From: a virus
Direction: 5' to 3' (one strand)
Virus record (IMG/VR): IMGVR_UViG_3300036799_000043
Coordinates: 1 to 64,000 of that record
DNA length: 64,000 nucleotides
The translations under genes and the position numbers were made by a program. The notes under the pieces are model-generated. The model had not been told where the DNA came from. It saw only the letters and a program-made list of their open reading frames with translations, and searched no databases. This document shows positions 29,025 to 37,641 of the stretch, one piece after another (the stretch's first letter is position 1; each line of letters begins with the position of its first letter).

Positions 29025-29876
29025 ATGGACAACATGACAGTAGAGACAGTGAAGATCAACGCGCGTACAGTCGCAGATGTCGACCTAGAGGAAGTCATGG
29101 GCGACGACTTGGCCATTGTCAACGCCGCTCGCGTCAGTCTGGGAAAGCGTAGTAAGTGGCGATACAGATGCAACGCGTGCCAACTGGAAGATATTCCAGA
29201 GATGAACATCGCGACTATCGCGCGCGGCCCCGCACAAGGGAAGGTCGCTATTGGGCAGTGCTTTGCCGATCAGGGCCTTCCGTTTCACGTCGAGACGAAT
29301 GTCACGCGTCACCTGAGTGATGCAGACATCGGCCTTATCAACTATCTGATGCGCAAGAAGCACGGCACGCCGTTCGAGATGGTGCAGCTACGCTTCCGAA
29401 TCTCAGCGCCGATACGTGTCATGCGCGAGTGGCAGCGACATAGGATTGGCTCTTTCAATGAGGTTTCGACGCGCTATGTTGAGATGCAGCCAGACTTCTT
29501 CGTACCCTCCGACGGCGACGTGCGCATACAAGAAGGCAAGCCTGGCCACTACATCATGCGCGACGCGCCAGAGCTTGCCGAGCAGATAAAGTCGACAATG
29601 CTTGCTGCGTACGAGCTTGCGTGGTCAAAGTACGAAACACTGCTCGCTATGGGTGCGGCGAAAGAGCTTGCTGCGTACGTACTGCCGATGGGTCTGTATA
29701 GCGAGCAGATATGGTCGGTGAACTTGCGCTCGCTGTTCAACTTCGTCGCACTGCGCAACCATACCGAGGCATTGCGCGAGATTCGACGCGCTGCAGAGGT
29801 CGTTGAGAGCACCGCGACAGCGAATATCCCACACGCGTTCGCAGCGTTTGAGAAGAACGGGAGAGTCGTACCGTGA
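29025..29876 (+). CDS. thyX: FAD-dependent thymidylate synthase with Cys-rich insertion
   Basis: 'IVNAARVS', 'HGTPFE', 'REWQRHR..SFNEVSTRY', 'NLRSL.NF..LR'. Confidence 0.95.
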   Translation: MDNMTVETVKINARTVADVDLEEVMGDDLAIVNAARVSLGKRSKWRYRCNACQLEDIPEMNIATIARGPAQGKVAIGQCFADQGLPFHVETNVTRHLSDADIGLINYLMRKKHGTPFEMVQLRFRISAPIRVMREWQRHRIGSFNEVSTRYVEMQPDFFVPSDGDVRIQEGKPGHYIMRDAPELAEQIKSTMLAAYELAWSKYETLLAMGAAKELAAYVLPMGLYSEQIWSVNLRSLFNFVALRNHTEALREIRRAAEVVESTATANIPHAFAAFEKNGRVVP

Positions 29877-31144
29877 CTGCAACTGGAAGTCCTGTCGAAG
29901 TCAACGCGAAAGATGCGGCGCGACTGTTCAAGCGCTACTCCGCGCCGTACGTACACGGCCCATTCGGACCGCCAACACCACCGACAGTGCAGCAGGCGAT
30001 TGATAAGCGCTCGCTGTACGCGACGCTGCTGCTCAACTCGGAGAAGCAAGAAGTGCCGCAATTGGTGGTTCTCGCGAACCAATTGAAGTCGTCGAGCACA
30101 CATACGGGTTTCGACGGTACTGAGATGCGCATCGCTGCAGGCGAGCTATACGCGAGTGACATCGCGAAGCTCGACGAAACGCCAAATATGGATATCGTCG
30201 ATCTGCTCGACTTTATACAGCGCGTCAATCAAGCGCCGGCATGGGTTGAGATATACGAGGAAGATCCAATCATGCGCGCGATGATGCTCGAAGGCAACTT
30301 TGCCTATCGCGGCACGAAGGTCAACGCGTACGGTGACTTGACAGGTATGTACTATCGTCCATTCCCAACGGTTGCTGTAGACGATGTGACTGTCGAGCCG
30401 CATGACGCAGCGACGCTGACAGTGCTCGACAAGGGCTTTATCAGCGACGCAGAGTCACACGCGATTCTCGCCGAACTGCGTAATTTTGCGCAGTGGTGGA
30501 GCGACTACAGCGGCGCGAAAGTCTGGGCCGATCATTACTCGACGTACAACAAGAACAACACATGGTCGGCGTTCTCGTTGCGCAACTTCGTGCCAGACGA
30601 TCCGACGAGCATCGTCAAGCCGAAAGAGATGCCGCGTGATTGGAAGAAAGAGCACGAGGACATGCTCGAACTCGAATGCGCTGACAGCATCGCGCTCGAT
30701 CACTTCCCGACTGTCAAGGACATCATGCGCCGACTCGCTGTGATGGGTTACGCCGCTGGTTTCGAGCGCGTACGACTCATGCGGCTGACAGCGAGTGGCG
30801 GTGAACTGACGCGACATAGCGACATCACCGATCGCACAGCGGGTACGCGCGACGGCTTTATCTCGCGACTGCACATCCCACTCGTGACACACGAAGCTGT
30901 GCAGTTCCAAATGTGGGATCATCGCGGCCGACGCTTTCAGCGCCACTTGTCAGCGAATGACTTGTGGTATCTCGATCAGCGTAAGCCACATGCCGCAGTC
31001 AACAAGAGTGCTGTTGAGCGCGTGCACCTGGTTATTGACGTGGTCGCGTGTGACGCGTTTCGTTCGCAGTTGGCAGATGCGTATATCGACGAGATCGCTG
31101 CAGGCACACACGGTCTGCAACAGGATCCACTCTCGCGCGACTAA
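29873..31144 (+). CDS. 2OG-Fe(II) oxygenase (Asp/Asn beta-hydroxylase-like) with unknown N-terminal domain
   Basis: 'RVRLMRL...GELTRHSD', 'RLHIPL', 'WYLD.RKPHAAVN....RVHLVID' (HxD...H triad). Confidence 0.8.
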   Translation: MTATGSPVEVNAKDAARLFKRYSAPYVHGPFGPPTPPTVQQAIDKRSLYATLLLNSEKQEVPQLVVLANQLKSSSTHTGFDGTEMRIAAGELYASDIAKLDETPNMDIVDLLDFIQRVNQAPAWVEIYEEDPIMRAMMLEGNFAYRGTKVNAYGDLTGMYYRPFPTVAVDDVTVEPHDAATLTVLDKGFISDAESHAILAELRNFAQWWSDYSGAKVWADHYSTYNKNNTWSAFSLRNFVPDDPTSIVKPKEMPRDWKKEHEDMLELECADSIALDHFPTVKDIMRRLAVMGYAAGFERVRLMRLTASGGELTRHSDITDRTAGTRDGFISRLHIPLVTHEAVQFQMWDHRGRRFQRHLSANDLWYLDQRKPHAAVNKSAVERVHLVIDVVACDAFRSQLADAYIDEIAAGTHGLQQDPLSRD

Positions 31145-31212
31145 GCGCGAGCTTGCGAGCACTTCGATAGTTCTGTACACTACCGCGTACACACGATGAG
31201 ACTCAAACGCTG

Positions 31213-31575
31213 ATGGGATCGAAGCAGTTTGGCGACAGATACAATCGTCGAGGCAACTGGCGTCTAGACGTTGCGTCTCTTGACGAAGTTGCAAGCATGT
31301 TGCGCCTGAAAGGCGACATTAGAGACTTCGACGACTGCGTACACCCAAACTGGGAGCAGTACCAGTGCCCTGGCATGCCGCCTGCAACGTTCTGCATCCA
31401 AGCGAGCGCACCGCACACTGAGCATCTCGTGCGCGTGCCAATGTACGACTGCAGGAATTGCGGCGAGCGCTATTCGGGCGTGATACGCATCTCAGATCGT
31501 GTTGGCTTCTGTTCGCAGTGGTGTCAAGACAAATACGACGAGAAAGCAGAGACAGATTGTAATGACCATGACTGA
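31213..31575 (+). CDS. Zn-finger hypothetical protein
   Basis: CRNC and FCSQWC. Confidence 0.5.
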   Translation: MGSKQFGDRYNRRGNWRLDVASLDEVASMLRLKGDIRDFDDCVHPNWEQYQCPGMPPATFCIQASAPHTEHLVRVPMYDCRNCGERYSGVIRISDRVGFCSQWCQDKYDEKAETDCNDHD

Positions 31576-33673
31576 AATGGACACCATCACATCAGATGAT
31601 GTCGCCGCAGAGATCGCGCAGTCAGCGATGTTCTCAGACGAGGAGATCGAGCGCTCATCGCCGGTGTTCTTGCCTGGCTTTGAAGACTTAGGGCGACTGA
31701 CTGGTCAGCCAGTCTTCGCCGACGAGGAAGTTATTGAAGCTGCAATGGCGTACTATCGCGCGCTCGGCTTCCCCTATCGCAAGCTGCCGATGCACGTGTC
31801 AATGCAGCAGATCAACCAGCTTGCGCAAACAGACGACAAGAACCTGCTCGGCACTGTCGTCGGCTATCAGGTCGCTGACACGTACCACCCGCATCGCTTT
31901 CACTCGTCAGCAGCGGGAATGAAATCACCGCTCGAATCGTTCGAGAGCGACAAGCAGCTACATCGAGCAATCGATAAGACGCTGCAGCACGGTGCGATCG
32001 GTGAAGAATTCTTGGGTATGATGGCGATTGTTGCCGGTACTCAAGCGTGCAGCAACTTCCGGCCAGGCTTCGCACTGAGCTACTACAGACGCTTCTGTCG
32101 TCGAGGCGGTGAGGTTGTGCTCGATACGTCGACGGGCTACGGTGGTCGACTCGTCGGCTTTCTCGCCACGAACACACGCGGGACGTACATCGGCATCGAC
32201 CCGAACGTGCCAACGCATGAGGGCAACGTGCGACTGATGCAAGAGCTTGGTGTGCCAAAAGGCTACGCCGCAGTGCTCATCAATGCACCCGCAGAAGACG
32301 TTGACCCGAGAGTCGTACTGTCGCGCGACAACGCGACATTGATCGGTATGGAGGGTGACGGTGCTGCATGGGCGCTAAGCGAGTCGTGCGACTTCGCCTT
32401 TACATCACCGCCATACTTCTCGAAAGAGCACTACAGCGAAGACGGTACGCAGTCGTGGGTACGTTACGGTGACGATCCGACTCGCTGGCGCGATCTGTTC
32501 TTGCAGCCCATGCTGCGTCTGCAGTTCGCAGCACTCAAGCCAGGCGCGTACTCGTGCATCAACATTGCTGACGTGAAGGTCGGCAAGTTCGGCGTCGTAC
32601 CGCTGAGCGACTGGACACGCGAAGCTGGCATAGCTGCTGGCTTTGAGTACGTGCACGAGGATAAATATCGACTCACACGACGAATGGGAGCAGGTGCATC
32701 GAACGGCGTCGTCGCATACGAGCCAGTGCACGTGTTCCGCAAGCCTGAGTCGAAGGTTCAGATTGTCAAAGAGGGACCAGTGACAGCAGCAGAGATCGCA
32801 CAAACGATTCGACTCCCGCAGGACGACACGCTGTGCTCAGCGACAGACTGCGCACACAAGTTTGCGAAGCACGACGACGAAGACGGCTCGTGTCTCGTCA
32901 AGACATGCACGTGCGCGAGCTTCGAGACGCCATGGTGCTCTGAGTGCGGTGCTGACGCAGGCACTGAGCATGCGTCGACGTGCCCGACGCTCACGCCCGC
33001 GACTGCTGCGCAGTTGAACGGTCAAGTAGCTCAGGACGCCAATATCTTTCTCGCTGAGCGACCCATCGACGAGCACGTGTTGTGTGGTGAAAAAGACTGC
33101 TCGCATGCGCTCATCAAGCACGACGACGACGAAGGCGAGTGCCTCGTCAAGAAATGCGAGTGCAGCCACTTTCAGGTGGTGTGCGCCGTCTGCGCTGCGC
33201 GCGACGGTGAGCATCACCGAGAGCAGTGCAGTGAATTCGAGCCGAGCGACATCGCTCAGGCGGGTGCTGAGCTTGCAGAGCGTCTAGCTGTCGCGCGCGC
33301 GTCGAGCGGCATGGGCGTTGAGAAAGGTGTGGTAGCTGAGCAGTATGAGGCGCTGCTCGACAAGGCAGTTGCGACACCGACGCCAGAAGCGCCCAAGTGG
33401 AATTGCCCAGTCGACGACTGCGTACGCGACGACAAGCACGTACCTGGTAACGCGTGCAGTCGCGGTGCAATCGTTGCGACGCAGACAGAGATGCCTGTCG
33501 CCGTACAGCGTCGATCAGCGACGCCGCCTCCGGCCGCTGAGGGCAAGTTCACGTCGTACGGTGCTGCAACAGAGCATTGCAAGGAGCGCGTCGAGGACGG
33601 CGCAGGCAGACCGCTCTCCGTGAAGTGCAGAGGGTGTGGTGCACCGCGAGCATGCTGGTGCAATCGTGGCTGA
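31562..33673 (+). CDS. SAM-dependent amino (N4-C/N6-A) DNA methyltransferase with Cys/His-rich C-terminal extension
   Basis: Motif I 'VLDTSTGYGGRL', 'YIGIDPN', catalytic 'FTSPPYF'. Confidence 0.8.
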   Translation: MTMTEMDTITSDDVAAEIAQSAMFSDEEIERSSPVFLPGFEDLGRLTGQPVFADEEVIEAAMAYYRALGFPYRKLPMHVSMQQINQLAQTDDKNLLGTVVGYQVADTYHPHRFHSSAAGMKSPLESFESDKQLHRAIDKTLQHGAIGEEFLGMMAIVAGTQACSNFRPGFALSYYRRFCRRGGEVVLDTSTGYGGRLVGFLATNTRGTYIGIDPNVPTHEGNVRLMQELGVPKGYAAVLINAPAEDVDPRVVLSRDNATLIGMEGDGAAWALSESCDFAFTSPPYFSKEHYSEDGTQSWVRYGDDPTRWRDLFLQPMLRLQFAALKPGAYSCINIADVKVGKFGVVPLSDWTREAGIAAGFEYVHEDKYRLTRRMGAGASNGVVAYEPVHVFRKPESKVQIVKEGPVTAAEIAQTIRLPQDDTLCSATDCAHKFAKHDDEDGSCLVKTCTCASFETPWCSECGADAGTEHASTCPTLTPATAAQLNGQVAQDANIFLAERPIDEHVLCGEKDCSHALIKHDDDEGECLVKKCECSHFQVVCAVCAARDGEHHREQCSEFEPSDIAQAGAELAERLAVARASSGMGVEKGVVAEQYEALLDKAVATPTPEAPKWNCPVDDCVRDDKHVPGNACSRGAIVATQTEMPVAVQRRSATPPPAAEGKFTSYGAATEHCKERVEDGAGRPLSVKCRGCGAPRACWCNRG

Positions 33674-33842
33674 TCTAGCAAAGCTCGAAGCGTTGTGCAA
33701 AGACTTCGTGAAAGCACAGCACATCAGATCGGCGGAATCGATTTACCAGATGGATAACGTCATTGAGAACGCGTACGAATTTATCCAAGGCGTGTGCGAC
33801 ATCGTTGGCTACTTTGACGATGATGAGAACGATGATGGCTGA
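33666..33842 (+). CDS. Small hypothetical protein
   Basis: GTG start overlapping the MTase end. Confidence 0.5.
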   Translation: MADLAKLEALCKDFVKAQHIRSAESIYQMDNVIENAYEFIQGVCDIVGYFDDDENDDG

Positions 33843-34239
33843 TGTCGCGCTGTTCGTGCTGTACGACTACGCGCGCGATCAAGCACTCATGGAGAATCGA
33901 CCTGAGTACATCAACAACGAAGGCGATCACTGGGTGTATCCGGGTGGCAAAGTCGAAGACGGAGAGATGCCCGAAGCAGCGATGCTGCGCGAGCTACACG
34001 AAGAACTCTCAACAGTCAAAGCTGACAGCTACGTCAAGCTTGTCGGGCCGGTTCTTGGCGAGAACGGCTGGAGCACGTACGCGTACCTGATACTGCGCTG
34101 GAGCGGCACAATCCCAGAAGTGACTGACGCGCAGCATCCTATCAAGTGGATCAAACCACTTGAGATCACTCAGGTGTCTCCAGGGCCGACAGCTACGCTG
34201 GCTGTCGCGTTGAAGCTCGTCAAAGTGCGTTGGTCGTGA
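33835..34239 (+). CDS. NUDIX hydrolase
   Basis: PGGKVEDGEMPEAAMLRELHEEL Nudix box. Confidence 0.85.
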   Translation: MADVALFVLYDYARDQALMENRPEYINNEGDHWVYPGGKVEDGEMPEAAMLRELHEELSTVKADSYVKLVGPVLGENGWSTYAYLILRWSGTIPEVTDAQHPIKWIKPLEITQVSPGPTATLAVALKLVKVRWS

Positions 34240-34581
34240 ATGGCAGCGCGCAAGACGCGACCGACAGGTAGACGACTCAATGGCACACACTATCTCGCAG
34301 AACGTGACGCGTGCATCAGAGGGCACAAGCTCGAAGGCGAGAACGTCGTGCATCGTCGCGACGCGAATCACCCGAACGGTGGCCGTATGTGTCGCACGTG
34401 CTCGCGCGAGCGTGCGCGTCTCGACAGTCGCATGCGCTACTGGCGCAAGAAGTGGTACGAACATCAACGCGTCGCACACTCGCATGCCCGCGCGTGTACA
34501 GACTGCGCTGATTGGCTGCAACAGTGCAGACTTTGGACTGGTCGTCTAGAGACATGGCGACTTGATGGTCGTCGACGTTGA
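34240..34581 (+). CDS. Zn-finger protein of the HNH-associated 'CxRGH' type
   Basis: 'CIRGH...EN....R.CRTC'. Confidence 0.5.
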   Translation: MAARKTRPTGRRLNGTHYLAERDACIRGHKLEGENVVHRRDANHPNGGRMCRTCSRERARLDSRMRYWRKKWYEHQRVAHSHARACTDCADWLQQCRLWTGRLETWRLDGRRR

Positions 34582-34770
34582 GACGTGCCCGCGATGCGGA
34601 GTCAAGCATCGCGGGCTATTCTTCAAGAAGCTACAGCAAGCGTCGTCACCAGTTGCTGGACCGATTCAACCGTATACACACTGGTCGACGTGCCCGAAGA
34701 CACACGAGCCGATGTTGTATGCGGTGCTACTTGAGGCACTTCCGCGTGAGCCAAGATTCAGTCAGGTCAC

Positions 34771-35349
34771 CTAGCACCCTGAGACAGTCCACTGCGCGCG
34801 TCTGCCGAGCGCTAAGTCGTGCGCAGCGACAGACTCAGCCTGCCACGGTACCCACGGTGACCAGTCGAAGTGACCCATCTCAGCAGCGTGCGCGTAGAAC
34901 GTGCCCGGCAGGTACTGCATCACACCTGACGCGCCGCTACCGCTTCTGTTCGCGACGTTCGCGCCGCCGCTCTCTTTCATCTCAATGCAGTACACCCGGG
35001 AATTGACGACAGGTGCGACGAAGGTGACAGGCGGCTCTGCGTTCTCACCCTGCCACTCGACGATGCGATTGCCGACGAGCGCAGCGTGAGCGTAGCCGTC
35101 TGTGAATGCGATAGTGCCAGTGTCACTGTGCCAATACACTGCGCCTGTTGAAGTCAACTGCATCGTGCCGATGTCAGTGCCGAACTCTCTCGTTAGCGGT
35201 GTACCAACGCGCTCAGGCAGAACGTCTGCGAGCTTTGCAAAGCCGTCGGTGTCGAACGATTCATCAGCGAAGACGCTGACAGAGCTAATGGCAAACAGCG
35301 CGAACGCTGCGAGAAGGGCGAGCCAATATCGCCAGTTTAGAGTAAGCAC
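34771..35349 (-). CDS. Secreted lytic transglycosylase/Rpf-like protein
   Basis: Signal peptide; 'CI..KESGG...N..SGASGVMQY...TF', C-terminal W...GC. Confidence 0.75.
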   Translation of the reverse strand: MLTLNWRYWLALLAAFALFAISSVSVFADESFDTDGFAKLADVLPERVGTPLTREFGTDIGTMQLTSTGAVYWHSDTGTIAFTDGYAHAALVGNRIVEWQGENAEPPVTFVAPVVNSRVYCIEMKESGGANVANRSGSGASGVMQYLPGTFYAHAAEMGHFDWSPWVPWQAESVAAHDLALGRRAQWTVSGC

Positions 35350-35397
35350 TGATCGACGTTATCGAACAGCGCTGCATAATGCAAATGAGGAGCGCGC

Positions 35398-35805
35398 ATG
35401 AAACACTTGCGATTGGACTATCAGGGAATACAGGACACGGCCGGCTCGACGAGTATTGGCGAGGATGAACTCGTGTTTATGGTGCGCTCAAAAGATCGCA
35501 ACGCATCGCAGACAGCGCGTGTCTGGGCGGCGTACACGCTGCGCGACGGCGGTGATCCTGCGATGTGTGCGCGCGTGCAAGAGTGGGCTGACGAGATGGA
35601 CGAGCAGCGTGCGACGATGTTCCATGGTGGCAAGGTTGCAGACGTACCGCGCGACATGCTGCTCCCGTCGAATCGCATACCTGTCCCAGTCCCGATTTTC
35701 TGCCCACACTGCGGTCGACGCTTCGCAGACGGTCACACAGACGATTGTGCGCACGTGTTGTATCTGCAGGCCATCGGCCAGTCTGACACGGAGCAGAGCC
35801 AGTAG
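35398..35805 (+). CDS. Hypothetical protein
   Basis: SD GAGGAG; 'DELVFMVRSKD' recurrent phage motif. Confidence 0.55.
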   Translation: MKHLRLDYQGIQDTAGSTSIGEDELVFMVRSKDRNASQTARVWAAYTLRDGGDPAMCARVQEWADEMDEQRATMFHGGKVADVPRDMLLPSNRIPVPVPIFCPHCGRRFADGHTDDCAHVLYLQAIGQSDTEQSQ

Positions 35806-35822
35806 CGCTACACTGATCTCAG

Positions 35823-36143
35823 ATGCAGCCGATGCGCGACTTCTCGAATCTGCACGGCGTTCGCCGCACCCTCAAGAAGCTGGTGTGGAATCCCACATCG
35901 CAGTCAGCGTGCGTTACGTGTAATTGTCAGTGGCTAGACCATCGACAGGAGCCGACAGACACAGCCTGTCGACGCTGCACGTGCGAGACGTTCGTAGTAG
36001 ATACCAGTGGGCCACCCGATGAGGCGGTTACGATTGTCGAATGGCATCATCCTGAAACTGATGCCCTAATCAGTGACCCGTACGAGGTCGCTGAGCTTGA
36101 CAGACGCGTAGCACTCGTCGGAGGGGCCAATGGCAGAACATAG
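35823..36143 (+). CDS. Cys-rich hypothetical protein
   Basis: C..C.C...H...C..C.C..F. Confidence 0.5.
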   Translation: MQPMRDFSNLHGVRRTLKKLVWNPTSQSACVTCNCQWLDHRQEPTDTACRRCTCETFVVDTSGPPDEAVTIVEWHHPETDALISDPYEVAELDRRVALVGGANGRT

Positions 36144-36612
36144 GACACGTCACGAGGCCGAAGCGGCCGCAGACGATTGGGAAGACCCTGGCTACAGCGC
36201 TTTGCCACCTGAGGGCAGTACGTGCATTTGCGGTGAGATCGCGCATGCCGTTGTCGTTATGCAGACTGGCGTCGATAAGTGCGAGTCATGCGGTAACGAG
36301 AAGGCTGTCACTCAGGAGATCCACCTGTGTGACATACACAACGATCTCCGAATGCAAGGCAAGCTCGACGGCGGGAAGCTGCTGCTTGCGCACCGCTTGC
36401 ACGTTGCCGGTGGCCTCAAGTCAATGGCCAAAGCCGAGCGTGACCAGACACTCGAACTCGTGCTCGGCGTTGCTGACCCAGGGAGCATACAGCGCGTCTG
36501 GGCGAGCGATGCGTCCGGCGTCAGTCTGCTCGAACGCACTGACTCCGAGCGACTGACAGCGCAGCTACAGAAGACGCTGACGCCGAAGGCAGCGAACGGG
36601 GAGGCCAAGTAA
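36130..36612 (+). CDS. Hypothetical protein
   Basis: SD GGAGG; coupled to the next gene by TAATG. Confidence 0.55.
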   Translation: MAEHRTRHEAEAAADDWEDPGYSALPPEGSTCICGEIAHAVVVMQTGVDKCESCGNEKAVTQEIHLCDIHNDLRMQGKLDGGKLLLAHRLHVAGGLKSMAKAERDQTLELVLGVADPGSIQRVWASDASGVSLLERTDSERLTAQLQKTLTPKAANGEAK

Positions 36613-36989
36613 TGCCACTCGTCAACGCCGCGCGCGACATTATCTGCGCGATGATTGACGGCGAAGCCGCCACGGCCTGGAACAACGCAAACGCGTATCT
36701 GGGTGTCGGTGATTCTGCGACAGCGTTTGCCACTTCGCAGACCGATCTGCAAGCAGCGACGAACAAGGTGCGCGTCGCGATGATGGCGACATACCCGTCG
36801 CGCTCGTCGAATGCGATCACGTTCCAATCGAGCTTCGGCAGCGCTGTCGGTAACTACGCTTGGCAGGAAGTGTCAGCGCACAATGCTGCCGCTGCTGGCA
36901 CGATGCTGTTCCGATTCACCCAGTCGCTCGGCACGAAGGCATCTGGCTCAACCTGGCAACTCACCGTCACGGAAACCATCACAGTTTAG
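36612..36989 (+). CDS. Conserved small virion-associated protein
   Basis: 'YLGVGDS.TAF..SQTDLQ...YP.RS...F......NYAWQE....LGTK' pattern seen in phage tail modules. Confidence 0.6.
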   Translation: MPLVNAARDIICAMIDGEAATAWNNANAYLGVGDSATAFATSQTDLQAATNKVRVAMMATYPSRSSNAITFQSSFGSAVGNYAWQEVSAHNAAAAGTMLFRFTQSLGTKASGSTWQLTVTETITV

Positions 36990-37098
36990 CAAACTCGTGT
37001 TCGAGAGCATAGGCGGCCTGCGTCGCAGGTCGAGCGGTCTATGGGTGCCAATTGGCACCCTTACGCTTGCGTCTGTTGCCGCACTCGCGACGCTTGGC

Positions 37099-37638
37099 AT
37101 GGTGCAGCCTGTCAAGCACAAGTTTGCGAGCGCGAAGTCAGACAGCGCCGACGCAACGCTCGTCAATCCCAGTAATTGGAACGATACACACTCGGGTGTT
37201 GACGTGTACGTCGCGCCTGCTGATGTCTCGCAGTCGACAGTCACACCGGCAGATATCACTGGGCTGACGTTCGCGATTGCGGCGAGCCAGAAGTGCGTCA
37301 TACGTGCGCACATCATGTTCCAGACAGCAGCGACGACGACTGGTCTCGGACTGAATACGAACGGCCCTGCAATCGGCACAGGCATCTTGCGCTTTACGTA
37401 CGAGATCACGACGACGAGCGCAGGTGCGACAGTCACGGGTTCGCAGAGCGCGCATTCGTCACGTGTGATTGGTACTGGCGTTACCGCAGCGAATACGACG
37501 TACCCCGCATATGTCGACGGTTTCATCGAGAACGGTACGACTGCAGGTACTTTCGCGCTGCAGTACAGCAGCGAGGTTGCGGCGAGTGCCGTGACTGTGC
37601 GACAGGGTAGCTCGATGATCGTCTTTACGTACGGTTAG
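37099..37638 (+). CDS. Fibre-like virion protein
   Basis: 'VKHKF.S.K.D..D..LV.PS.WN..H' N-terminus followed by Thr/Gly-rich beta domain. Confidence 0.5.
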   Translation: MVQPVKHKFASAKSDSADATLVNPSNWNDTHSGVDVYVAPADVSQSTVTPADITGLTFAIAASQKCVIRAHIMFQTAATTTGLGLNTNGPAIGTGILRFTYEITTTSAGATVTGSQSAHSSRVIGTGVTAANTTYPAYVDGFIENGTTAGTFALQYSSEVAASAVTVRQGSSMIVFTYG

Positions 37639-37641
37639 CTA

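Noticed and set aside
29148-29312. Intein or intron in thyX (also considered for nrdJ)
   Set aside because: Insertion is short, in frame and lacks C/S...HN-C/S/T splice motifs; nrdJ is of normal length
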